11,574 nucleotides of DNA from Escherichia coli. Its GTDB lineage: Bacteria; Pseudomonadota; Gammaproteobacteria; Enterobacterales; Enterobacteriaceae. The notes beneath the pieces were generated by a model. That model worked only from the letters and a program-made list of their open reading frames with translations, was not told the origin of the DNA and did not search any database. The stretch lies in assembly GCF_003334315.1 (NCBI RefSeq), contig NZ_QOWR01000085.1, one strand, 5' to 3'. The translations under genes were made by a program, and so were the position numbers. Position 1 is the stretch's first letter. Every line of letters starts with the position of its first letter. Below, one piece after another: positions 1 through 6,420 of this stretch.

Positions 1-40
1 CCACGGGAATATCTGCGGCGGCGAACCAGTAATGGGTTAA

Positions 41-415
41 GTGATAAAAAGTGTATGGAAATATAGGGGCCAATCCATTGGTCGGGAACACACGCCAGCC
101 CTGAGTGATGCCGCAGAGCAATACCTTAACACCGTTGCGACTCGTAGAACCCGGGATACGGCGTTGCTAAAGTCGTTTGAGGCTTTCCGCGAGTGGGTAA
201 CCATTCAGGCCGGATTTTACACCGAGCATATTTATCCGGACGGTAGCCGTGGGCGTCGGGCAAAATCCATCGCTTTTGCGAATATGGACGAAGTCGAGTT
301 TCAGCAGGTTTATAAATCTGTACTGAATGTGCTGTGGAACTGGATTCTGTTCCGTAAATTCTCCTCTCAGGAGGAAGTTGAAAATGTGGCCGCACAACTA
401 CTGGAGTTTGCGTAA
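41..415 (+). CDS. DUF1367-like nin-region protein, probably only the C-terminal part of the family
   Basis: 124-codon ORF with a GTG start at 41, directly after an in-frame TAA (38-40). Its stop overlaps the next start (TAATG at 413-417). The stretch SIAFANMDEVEFQQVYKSVL matches my memory of DUF1367/YdfU-type lambdoid proteins, which I recall as roughly 200 aa. All three forward frames carry stops within nt 1-65, so the ORF cannot extend leftward. Confidence 0.5.
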   Translation: MIKSVWKYRGQSIGREHTPALSDAAEQYLNTVATRRTRDTALLKSFEAFREWVTIQAGFYTEHIYPDGSRGRRAKSIAFANMDEVEFQQVYKSVLNVLWNWILFRKFSSQEEVENVAAQLLEFA

Positions 416-705
416 TGGTGAATTTACGTAAAGCGGCTAAAGGCCAAATGTGCCAGATCAGAATCCCTGGCTACTGCAATCACAATCCCGAAACCTCTGT
501 GCTGGCGCATTACAGGCTGGCGGGGACGTGCGGAACAGCGACAAAACCACACGATATGCAGGCGGCGATAGCCTGTAGCTCATGCCACGATCTAATCGAC
601 GGGCGGGTAAAAACCAGCGATTACACCAAAGAAGAATTGCGCCTGATGCATGCTGAAGGGGTTTTTCGCACACAAGAAATCTGGAGAAAGAAAGGTCATT
701 TATGA
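415..705 (+). CDS. DUF1364 / YbcO-like small Cys/His-rich protein (putative zinc-binding, nuclease-like nin-region protein)
   Basis: 96-aa ORF coupled at both ends (TAATG at 413-417, ATGA at 702-705). LRKAAKGQMCQIRIPGYCNHNPETSVLAHYRL...IACSSCHDLID is close to my recollection of DLP12 YbcO, including the C-x8-C ... C-x2-C-H pattern. Its position just upstream of Q is typical. Confidence 0.75.
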   Translation: MVNLRKAAKGQMCQIRIPGYCNHNPETSVLAHYRLAGTCGTATKPHDMQAAIACSSCHDLIDGRVKTSDYTKEELRLMHAEGVFRTQEIWRKKGHL

Positions 706-1244
706 TTTACCCAACGAATACAGGAAAAAGCGGAGAACACCTTCGCCTCACCACGCTGGAAAGTGTCTGGATTCAGGGAAAACTACGTATGTGGGGGCGC
801 TGGTCGTATATTGGCGGTGGCAGGTCAGGGAATATGTTCAATCAGTTGTTGGCATCCAAAAAACTGACGAAAACAGCCATTAATGAAGCCCTGCGCAGAA
901 TGAAAAAAGCGGGAATAGAGAAAGCTGAGCTGGAAGCGTTTTTGCGAGAGATGATCAACGGCAAGCAAAAGAGCTGGCTGGCGCATTGTACTGATGCAGA
1001 GGCGTTATGTATTGATCGAGTCATAAGTGAGGTGCTGGCAGAGCATCCAGGATTGATTTGCATTCTCCGGCAACGCTATGAAGGGCGGGGGATGACTAAG
1101 CGCAAAATGGCTGAATTGCTAAATGATGCACACCCAGAGTGGTGTTTTAGCACATGCGAAAAACGGATTGCTAATTGGTTAGCTGTTGCTGAGTATGCCC
1201 TATATATTCCCATGCGTGAATCATTTGCTGAGAAAATGGCTTGA
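702..1244 (+). CDS. Late-gene antiterminator Q-like protein (DUF1133-type, as recalled)
   Basis: 180-aa ORF with an ATGA start/stop overlap with the preceding gene. The motif LESVWIQGKLRMWGRW matches my memory of Q-annotated proteins in EHEC and Salmonella lambdoid prophages. The C-terminal part (ILRQRYEGRGMTKRKMAELL) looks like a sigma-region-4-type HTH. It is followed at once by a promoter-like region and a strong terminator, the pR'/tR' arrangement. Confidence 0.65.
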   Translation: MIYPTNTGKSGEHLRLTTLESVWIQGKLRMWGRWSYIGGGRSGNMFNQLLASKKLTKTAINEALRRMKKAGIEKAELEAFLREMINGKQKSWLAHCTDAEALCIDRVISEVLAEHPGLICILRQRYEGRGMTKRKMAELLNDAHPEWCFSTCEKRIANWLAVAEYALYIPMRESFAEKMA

Positions 1245-1290
1245 TTTCTTACGTATAAACTGCTTCAATTTTGCTATGCTTCGCAAAGCT
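1241..1290 (+). promoter_or_regulatory. Candidate late promoter pR' / Q-utilisation region
   Basis: Two possible sigma-70 arrangements: TTGATT(1241-1246)-N17-TTCAAT(1264-1269), or an extended -10 TGcTATGCT (1272-1280). Either places a start 60-90 nt upstream of the terminator at 1325-1351. The call rests on position plus motifs only; the exact promoter is unresolved. Confidence 0.35.
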
Positions 1291-1324
1291 GTATCGCGAG
1301 GCGGATTGCAGACATGGACATCGT

Positions 1325-1351
1325 AAAAAAACCGCTTAATGCGGTTTTTTT
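1325..1351 (+). terminator. Rho-independent terminator, tR'-like
   Basis: AAAAAAACCGC-ttaat-GCGGTTTTTTT: a GC core stem extended by an A-run/T-run, with a T7 tail. Located about 80 nt after the Q stop. Confidence 0.8.
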
Positions 1352-1671
1352 ACGTCAGGAAAGCAGGGGAGAATGCTGCTAGTTGGGCAACTGGTCTTTC
1401 TGCTCCAAATTATAACAGAGACCAGTTATAGTTTCGGTGCTGTGTTTTTTTTACAATATTGTGATAACACATTGCTGGCGGGAGTTTTGATATTTCTTGG
1501 CAGGGGCTGATGATGCGTTATCCTGATGTCGTCAACTCATATAAAATGAGATGAGAGATCATTGCAGGGTGGTTTGTAATTCGCTGTTTAGCGGGACAAT
1601 ATGTTGTCTGATACAAGACACCCGACGCCTCAGATTACTATAATAAAGACGAAGCATCCTTTGTATTGACC

Positions 1672-1697
1672 AACCGCCTGTTTAGGCGGTTCTTTTT
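1672..1697 (+). terminator. Rho-independent terminator in the spacer
   Basis: AACCGCCT (1672-1679) pairs with AGGCGGTT (1684-1691) as a perfect 8-bp stem with loop GTTT, followed by CTTTTT. The opposite strand has no T-tail, so it is + strand specific. Confidence 0.6.
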
Positions 1698-2229
1698 GGG
1701 CTGGTTTATTGTATGCCAAATGATTATTAAAAAGGTTGTGTTAATAACAAAATCCGAAATAATATGCCTGCATATTTTTATCTTGCTTATATTCTGCATA
1801 TTGTGCATAGCAGGCTCATCCCTGCAATCAAAACTGTATGATGAGTATTTTTTGTTTTCCTTTTTTCCAGTCATCTGATGATGACCTGCTTCTTTTTAAT
1901 CCGGATCGACATCAGTTTTTTAAGATAATTCCTGCGAGTTATATGCATAAATACCACAAACTCCGCATTTTATGTGGTTGGGAGTTGCCGGGCGCGCAGT
2001 GAGTTTGCTAAGAAAACTCCTGCATGGTGAATCCCCCTGTGCGGTGGGGTGATACCATTAACCTTTTCTGTCGCCGACAGGTATCACGAACATTTTGTTC
2101 ACCGGGAGGCACCCGGCACCATGCACTTCAATAGATTCTCTCCACATTATGGATATTCTTTCAGAATATCCCACGCAGACTTTGTGTAAATGTTAACAAA
2201 TGTGCGTTTTATTTGATCTGATTCGCTGT

Positions 2230-2259
2230 TTGAGCGTCCAAAACAACGGTATATATAAT
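2230..2259 (+). promoter_or_regulatory. Candidate sigma-70 promoter for the lipoprotein genes
   Basis: TTGAGC(2230-2235)-N18-TATAAT(2254-2259), about 30 nt upstream of the ATG at 2289, which has the RBS GAGGAAAAATG. Confidence 0.4.
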
Positions 2260-2288
2260 CCTTTACTATATGACATATGTGAGGAAAA

Positions 2289-2717
2289 ATGGGTTTTCGT
2301 AGCGCATCAATTCTTACGTTGATTATTAGTGGGATTATTATCGGGTGCACTGATGCTGTATCGACAAATTATCATGACCGTACATCATATTACTCCGATA
2401 AAGCAATAGAGACACAGTATGTGAGTTCATCTGAACGTACTTCTGATGTTAGTGAGGATATCCGTCTGTATGCCCATCAAATCAAGAGCGCCATCGAAAA
2501 ACAGTTCGGGGATGCGAGTAAGTATTCAGGAAAAGAGTGTACACTGAGAATGCATATGGCCCCGAATGGCCTTCTACTGGAGGTTAAAAGAGAAAGTGGA
2601 GACCTCGATTTATGTCGTGAAGCGATGAATGCGATAAAGAATGCTGATATACCTGCCCCCCCTTCGCCGGAAGTATATAAAGTATTTCAAAATGGGGTGC
2701 TGGATTTTAAACCCTGA
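2289..2717 (+). CDS. Lipoprotein with TolA C-terminal (domain III)-like domain, copy 1
   Basis: 142-aa ORF with a strong RBS. The signal peptide ends in the lipobox IIIG|C (Cys20, Thr at +2), followed by an S/T/Y-rich linker. The C-terminal ~82 aa, YAHQIKSAIEKQFGDASKYSGKECTLRMHMAPNGLLLEVK...PPSPEVYKVFQNGVLDFKP, is nearly colinear with the C-terminus of E. coli TolA as I remember it, including the C-x24-C pair. Confidence 0.85.
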   Translation: MGFRSASILTLIISGIIIGCTDAVSTNYHDRTSYYSDKAIETQYVSSSERTSDVSEDIRLYAHQIKSAIEKQFGDASKYSGKECTLRMHMAPNGLLLEVKRESGDLDLCREAMNAIKNADIPAPPSPEVYKVFQNGVLDFKP

Positions 2718-2867
2718 TATTTATTGTTTTGTAATAAACGGTTTCGGCTTAGGTTTGTTCTGACACAGCTACGGCACTGAGCTAAATTTAGCGGATAGTC
2801 AGCTCTGAGCCAGTGGCGGACGTAACAACTACTATTGCTGAGATTTTAATGGATTGAGGAGCAAGAA

Positions 2868-3263
2868 GTGGGATTAAAGAAAATCGTTATGTTGACTTTT
2901 TGGGGCGGTTTTGTTGCGGGATGCACACCTTTACACCCTTCAGATTGCCACAAAACTACTGCTACAGGTAGTTGCAGTTCAGGACGCTGGGATGATCAGG
3001 ATGAATGGGGGGCGCAAGCGCGGGGAATCAGAGCTGCAATTAATGCCAAACTTGATGAGCCGCATAACTGGAAAGGGAAAAAATGCAGGTTGCATATGGA
3101 ATTCTCTCAGGATGGCACGGCGTTAAAAATATCTACCAGTAACGGTGATAAAGCCTATTGCGAAGCGATAAAGTCCGCAGCTCATAAAGCCAAATTTCCG
3201 GCCTTCAACAATCCGGAAGTCTACAGAGATTTTCAGAAATCTGGCTTTGACATGCGAGGTTAG
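2868..3263 (+). CDS. Lipoprotein with TolA domain III-like domain, copy 2 (diverged paralogue)
   Basis: 131-aa ORF with a GTG start, 6 nt after the GAGGAG RBS. The signal peptide MGLKKIVMLTFWGGFVAG|C has its lipobox Cys at residue 19. The C-terminal ~80 aa aligns without gaps to copy 1 (about one third identical by hand), sharing GK.C.L.M, the C-x24-C spacing and PEVY..FQ. Confidence 0.8.
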   Translation: MGLKKIVMLTFWGGFVAGCTPLHPSDCHKTTATGSCSSGRWDDQDEWGAQARGIRAAINAKLDEPHNWKGKKCRLHMEFSQDGTALKISTSNGDKAYCEAIKSAAHKAKFPAFNNPEVYRDFQKSGFDMRG

Positions 3264-3388
3264 CTCTTCAATTACTATATCTCATTCATAGCAAACTGAC
3301 AGATTTGATGATGTTCTATATACGAAACCTGTGATGTCAAGTCTGAGCTAATACAAATAAACATAATATCAGAGAAATACATTTTATT

Positions 3389-3412
3389 AGCTCGCTACGG
3401 CGAGCTTTTTAT
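3389..3412 (+). terminator. Rho-independent terminator closing the lipoprotein unit
   Basis: AGCTCGC-tacg-GCGAGCT, a perfect 7-bp stem, followed by TTTTTAT. Confidence 0.75.
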
Positions 3413-3514
3413 ATTGCATCGTCTCCAGCATATATATCAATTAAGGCTCTGATTGATGTGTCTGAAAGCCTACACATAATAACTATGCCATCCGTTCCGT
3501 GCGGAGGTGAGGCT

Positions 3515-3730
3515 ATGAAATCCATGGACAAAATTTCAACAGGCATTGCCTACGGCACCTCCGCAGGCAGTGCTGGCTACTGGTTTTTACAGTTGCTCGA
3601 TAGAGTAACTCCGTCACAGTGGGCTGCAATCGGTGTGCTGGGTAGTCTGGTATTTGGCCTGCTGACGTACCTGACAAACCTTTATTTCAAGATTAAAGAA
3701 GATAAGCGCAAGGCTGCGAGAGGTGAATAA
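3515..3730 (+). CDS. S: Class II holin (pinholin), phage 21 S-type, with dual-start motif
   Basis: 71 aa, [26 protein letters not shown]...[15 protein letters not shown], almost identical to my memory of S21/EssD. The Met1-Lys2-Ser3-Met4 dual start gives the antiholin and holin forms. The RBS GGAGGTGAGG lies upstream. The tracker's GTG at 3458 is an unlikely start. Confidence 0.9.
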   Translation: MKSMDKISTGIAYGTSAGSAGYWFLQLLDRVTPSQWAAIGVLGSLVFGLLTYLTNLYFKIKEDKRKAARGE

Positions 3731-4227
3731 TGCCTCCATCATTACGAAAAGTCGTTGCCGCTGCTATTGGTGGCGGAGCAATTGCTATAGCATCAGTGTT
3801 AATCACTGGCCCAAGTGGTAACGATGGTCTGGAAGGTGTCAGCTACATACCATACAAAGATATTGTTGGTGTATGGACTGTATGTCACGGGCATACAGGA
3901 AAAGACATCATGCTCGGTAAAACGTATACCAAAGCAGAATGCAAAGCCCTCCTGAATAAAGACCTTGCCACGGTCGCCAGACAAATTAACCCGTACATCA
4001 AAGTCGATATACCGGAAACAACGCGCGGCGCTCTTTACTCATTCGTTTACAACGTGGGTGCTGGCAATTTCAGAACATCGACGCTTCTTCGCAAAATAAA
4101 CCAGGGCGATATCAAAGGCGCATGTGATCAGCTACGTCGCTGGACATATGCTGGCGGTAAGCAATGGAAAGGTCTCATGACTCGTCGTGAGATTGAGCGT
4201 GAAATCTGTTTGTGGGGTCAGCAATGA
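3730..4227 (+). CDS. R: SAR endolysin (GH24 lysozyme, phage 21 R-type)
   Basis: 165 aa. The N-terminal Gly/Ala-rich, weakly hydrophobic segment [20 protein letters not shown] is a signal-anchor-release domain. The catalytic pattern E-x8-D-x5-T is present in [16 protein letters not shown]. The start abuts the holin stop (TAATG). Confidence 0.9.
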   Translation: MPPSLRKVVAAAIGGGAIAIASVLITGPSGNDGLEGVSYIPYKDIVGVWTVCHGHTGKDIMLGKTYTKAECKALLNKDLATVARQINPYIKVDIPETTRGALYSFVYNVGAGNFRTSTLLRKINQGDIKGACDQLRRWTYAGGKQWKGLMTRREIEREICLWGQQ

Positions 4228-4688
4228 ACAGAGTAACCGCGATTATCTCCGCTCTGGTTATCTGCATCGTCGTCTGCCTGTCATGGGGTGTTAATCATTA
4301 CCGTGATAACGCCATCGCCTACAAAGAACAGCGCGACAAAAATGCCAGAGAACTGAAGCTGGCGAACGCGGCAATTACTGACATGCAGATGCGTCAGCGT
4401 GATGTTGCTGCGCTCGATGCAAAATACACGAAGGAGTTAGCTGATGCGAAAGCTGAAAATGATGTTCTGCGTGATGATGTTGCCGCTGGTCGTCGTCGGT
4501 TGCACATCAAAGCAGTCTGTCAGTCAGTGCGTGAAGCCACCACCGCCTCCGGCGTGGATAATGCAGCCTCCCCCCGACTGGCAGACACCGCTGAACGGGA
4601 TTATTTCACCCTCCGGGAACGACTGGTAATGATGCAGGCCCAACTTGAAGGTGCTCAGCAATACATAACCGAGCAGTGTTTAAAGTAA
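4224..4688 (+). CDS. Rz: i-spanin Rz
   Basis: 154 aa counted from the ATG at 4224, which forms an ATGA overlap with the endolysin stop. It has an N-terminal TM helix ([18 protein letters not shown]) and a coiled-coil periplasmic domain. The sequence resembles RzpD/RzpR. Confidence 0.9.
   Translation: MNRVTAIISALVICIVVCLSWGVNHYRDNAIAYKEQRDKNARELKLANAAITDMQMRQRDVAALDAKYTKELADAKAENDVLRDDVAAGRRRLHIKAVCQSVREATTASGVDNAASPRLADTAERDYFTLRERLVMMQAQLEGAQQYITEQCLK
4444..4629 (+). CDS. Rz1: o-spanin Rz1, embedded in the +1 frame of Rz
   Basis: 61-aa lipoprotein with lipobox VVVG|C and a Pro-rich mature part ([22 protein letters not shown]). It matches RzoD/RzoR as recalled. Confidence 0.9.
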   Translation: MRKLKMMFCVMMLPLVVVGCTSKQSVSQCVKPPPPPAWIMQPPPDWQTPLNGIISPSGNDW

Positions 4689-4825
4689 AATCTTAACTAC
4701 AATATGATTCATTTTGATGATTGTTTCATAAGGAACAGTGAAGTAAGATCTAAGAGGAGTTAAATTTTATACAGTATAATCATAATATTGCAGCAAGGTG
4801 GTTATAATTGAAAGAATATTTAGAT

Positions 4826-6283
4826 ATGAATACATCTCATGTAAGAGTTGTTACTCATATGTGTGGGTTCCTGGTTTGGCTCTATAGTCTTTCAATGTTG
4901 CCACCAATGGTTGTAGCATTGTTTTATAAAGAAAAAAGCCTGTTCGTTTTCTTTATAACTTTCGTTATATTTTTTTGCATTGGTGGCGGAGCGTGGTATA
5001 CAACTAAGAAATCTGGCATTCAATTACGTACCCGTGATGGGTTTATTATAATTGTAATGTTTTGGATTTTGTTTTCTGTTATTAGTGCATTCCCTTTATG
5101 GATTGACTCAGAACTTAATTTAACGTTCATTGATGCTCTGTTTGAAGGGGTTTCTGGAATAACAACAACAGGAGCAACTGTAATTGATGATGTTAGTTCA
5201 TTACCTCGGGCATATTTGTACTATCGGTCACAGTTAAATTTTATAGGTGGTTTAGGAGTTATTGTTCTGGCGGTTGCTGTATTGCCATTATTGGGTATTG
5301 GTGGTGCAAAGCTTTATCAGTCAGAAATGCCGGGGCCATTTAAGGATGACAAACTCACTCCCCGCCTGGCCGATACGTCACGGACACTGTGGATAACTTA
5401 TTCTTTATTAGGTATTGCTTGTATTGTCTGTTATAGACTTGCAGGAATGCCTTTGTTTGATGCTATTTGTCACGGGATTTCCACAGTTTCGCTTGGTGGT
5501 TTCTCAACTCATAGCGAGAGTATCGGATATTTTAATAACTATTTGGTTGAGCTGGTGGCTGGTTCTTTTTCCCTGCTATCGGCTTTCAACTTCACTCTTT
5601 GGTATATTGTTATTAGCAGGAAAACGATAAAACCTTTAATCAGAGATATTGAACTTCGTTTCTTTCTGTTAATAGCCTTAGGGGTGATCATTGTTACCTC
5701 TTTCCAGGTCTGGCATATAGGTATGTATGACTTGCATGGAAGTTTTATTCATTCGTTTTTTCTTGCCAGCTCCATGCTCACTGATAATGGTTTAGCTACG
5801 CAGGATTATGCAAGTTGGCCCACGCACACGATAGTGTTTTTGCTGTTGTCAAGTTTCTTTGGGGGATGTATAGGTTCAACTTGTGGTGGAATTAAGTCAC
5901 TTCGATTTCTTATACTTTTCAAACAAAGCAAACACGAGATAAATCAGCTTTCTCATCCCAGAGCGTTGTTGAGTGTAAATGTAGGAGGGAAGATAGTTAC
6001 AGATCGTGTAATGAGGTCTGTATGGAGTTTCTTTTTTCTTTATACTCTCTTCACGGTGTTTTTTATACTGGTGTTAAATGGTATGGGATATGATTTTCTT
6101 ACATCATTTGCAACAGTGGCTGCATGTATTAATAATATGGGATTAGGTTTTGGGGCTACTGCATCGTCATTCGGAGTGCTTAATGACATTGCAAAATGTT
6201 TAATGTGCATAGCTATGATTCTTGGTCGCCTTGAAATTTATCCTGTTATTATATTGTTTTCAGGTTTTTTTTGGCGCTCCTAA
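4826..6283 (+). CDS. trkG: Trk-system potassium uptake membrane protein TrkG
   Basis: 485 aa from the ATG at 4826 (MNTSHVRVVTHMCGFLVWLYSL...), which I recognise as Rac-prophage TrkG. It is polytopic, with repeated selectivity-filter-like Gly motifs (TTTGAT, LGGFS, CGGIKS, NMGLGFG). Spot counts of three 60-nt lines at 4981-5160 gave 25-48% GC (mean about 37%), against 48% for one flank line (6601-6660). An upstream TTG at 4808 has a better RBS (AAGGTGG, 6-nt spacing) and would give 491 aa. Confidence 0.9.
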   Translation: MNTSHVRVVTHMCGFLVWLYSLSMLPPMVVALFYKEKSLFVFFITFVIFFCIGGGAWYTTKKSGIQLRTRDGFIIIVMFWILFSVISAFPLWIDSELNLTFIDALFEGVSGITTTGATVIDDVSSLPRAYLYYRSQLNFIGGLGVIVLAVAVLPLLGIGGAKLYQSEMPGPFKDDKLTPRLADTSRTLWITYSLLGIACIVCYRLAGMPLFDAICHGISTVSLGGFSTHSESIGYFNNYLVELVAGSFSLLSAFNFTLWYIVISRKTIKPLIRDIELRFFLLIALGVIIVTSFQVWHIGMYDLHGSFIHSFFLASSMLTDNGLATQDYASWPTHTIVFLLLSSFFGGCIGSTCGGIKSLRFLILFKQSKHEINQLSHPRALLSVNVGGKIVTDRVMRSVWSFFFLYTLFTVFFILVLNGMGYDFLTSFATVAACINNMGLGFGATASSFGVLNDIAKCLMCIAMILGRLEIYPVIILFSGFFWRS

Positions 6284-6369
6284 TATATGGCTGATTTATA
6301 ATTGTGAGTTTAATATTATGTTGACTCACTCATTGATCCAATACCTAACTTTACCAGCAACCCCTCCGT

Positions 6370-6402
6370 CCCCAGTAGCACTGGCTGCTGGGGTGCGTTT
6401 TA
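6370..6402 (+). terminator. Rho-independent terminator after trkG
   Basis: CCCCAGTAGC-actg-GCTGCTGGGG forms a 10-bp stem with one G-U pair, followed by TGCGTTTTATT. Confidence 0.65.
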
Positions 6403-6420
6403 TTCATAAAGCAAGGCTGT

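Noticed and set aside
126-397. Antisense and nested ORFs from the six-frame track, for example 126-395(-), 167-397(-), 458-673(-), 842-1063(-), 2147-2350(-), 2911-3126(+), 3799-3984(-), 5415-5630(+), 6222-6503(+), 6591-7185(-), 7281-7574(+), 8023-8537(-), 8841-9364(-), 8995-9390(+), 9445-9732(-), 9824-10048(+), 10881-11135(-) and 11171-11461(+).
   Set aside because: All lie wholly or largely inside stronger ORFs with recognisable products. They lack RBSs and have low-complexity or Arg/Ser/Leu-rich shadow-frame composition.
1389-1452. Inverted repeat AACTGGTCT (1389-1397) / AGACCAGTT (1419-1427) followed about 20 nt later by a T8 run; a possible second terminator after tR'.
   Set aside because: The 21-nt loop and the gap between stem and T-run do not fit an intrinsic terminator. 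The function is undetermined, so it was not annotated.
1836-1851. CTGT-containing segment CTGTATGATGAGTATT, checked as a possible LexA (SOS) box. The CTGTCGCCGACAG palindrome at 2068-2080 was checked as well.
   Set aside because: Neither fits CTGT-N8-ACAG. The first lacks the ACAG half-site, and the second has only 5 nt between half-sites.
1638-1878. Hydrophobic ORFs of 70 aa (+) and 78 aa (-) in the AT-rich spacer; could be mistaken for small membrane toxins.
   Set aside because: The + ORF starts with a TTG inside the terminator hairpin and has no RBS. The two ORFs mirror each other in AT-rich DNA, where long open frames and Ile/Leu/Phe-rich translations arise by chance.
1352-2288. Search for tRNA genes downstream of Q (as in Stx phages), for CRISPR repeats, and for retron-like msr/msd.
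   Set aside because: No cloverleaf-compatible segment with T-loop/CCA features was found. There are no regularly spaced repeats, and no reverse transcriptase ORF lies nearby. GGTGAATCCCC at 2026-2036 only superficially resembles a T-arm.
4444-4629. A gene fully embedded in another reading frame (Rz1 inside Rz), the MKSM dual start of the holin, and the SAR endolysin as possible novelties.
   Set aside because: These are the well-established architecture of phage 21-type lysis cassettes. They are annotated as features, not as new findings.
5551-5558. Chi sequence GCTGGTGG on the + strand inside trkG (a second copy lies at 11072-11079 in the portal fragment).
   Set aside because: Two Chi octamers in 11.5 kb is about the E. 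coli background frequency as I recall it. Nothing suggests clustering or a special role.
4826-6283. A potassium transporter inside a phage as a previously undescribed system.
   Set aside because: trkG in the Rac prophage is long known. Only its cassette boundaries and context are reported as a moderate-interest finding.
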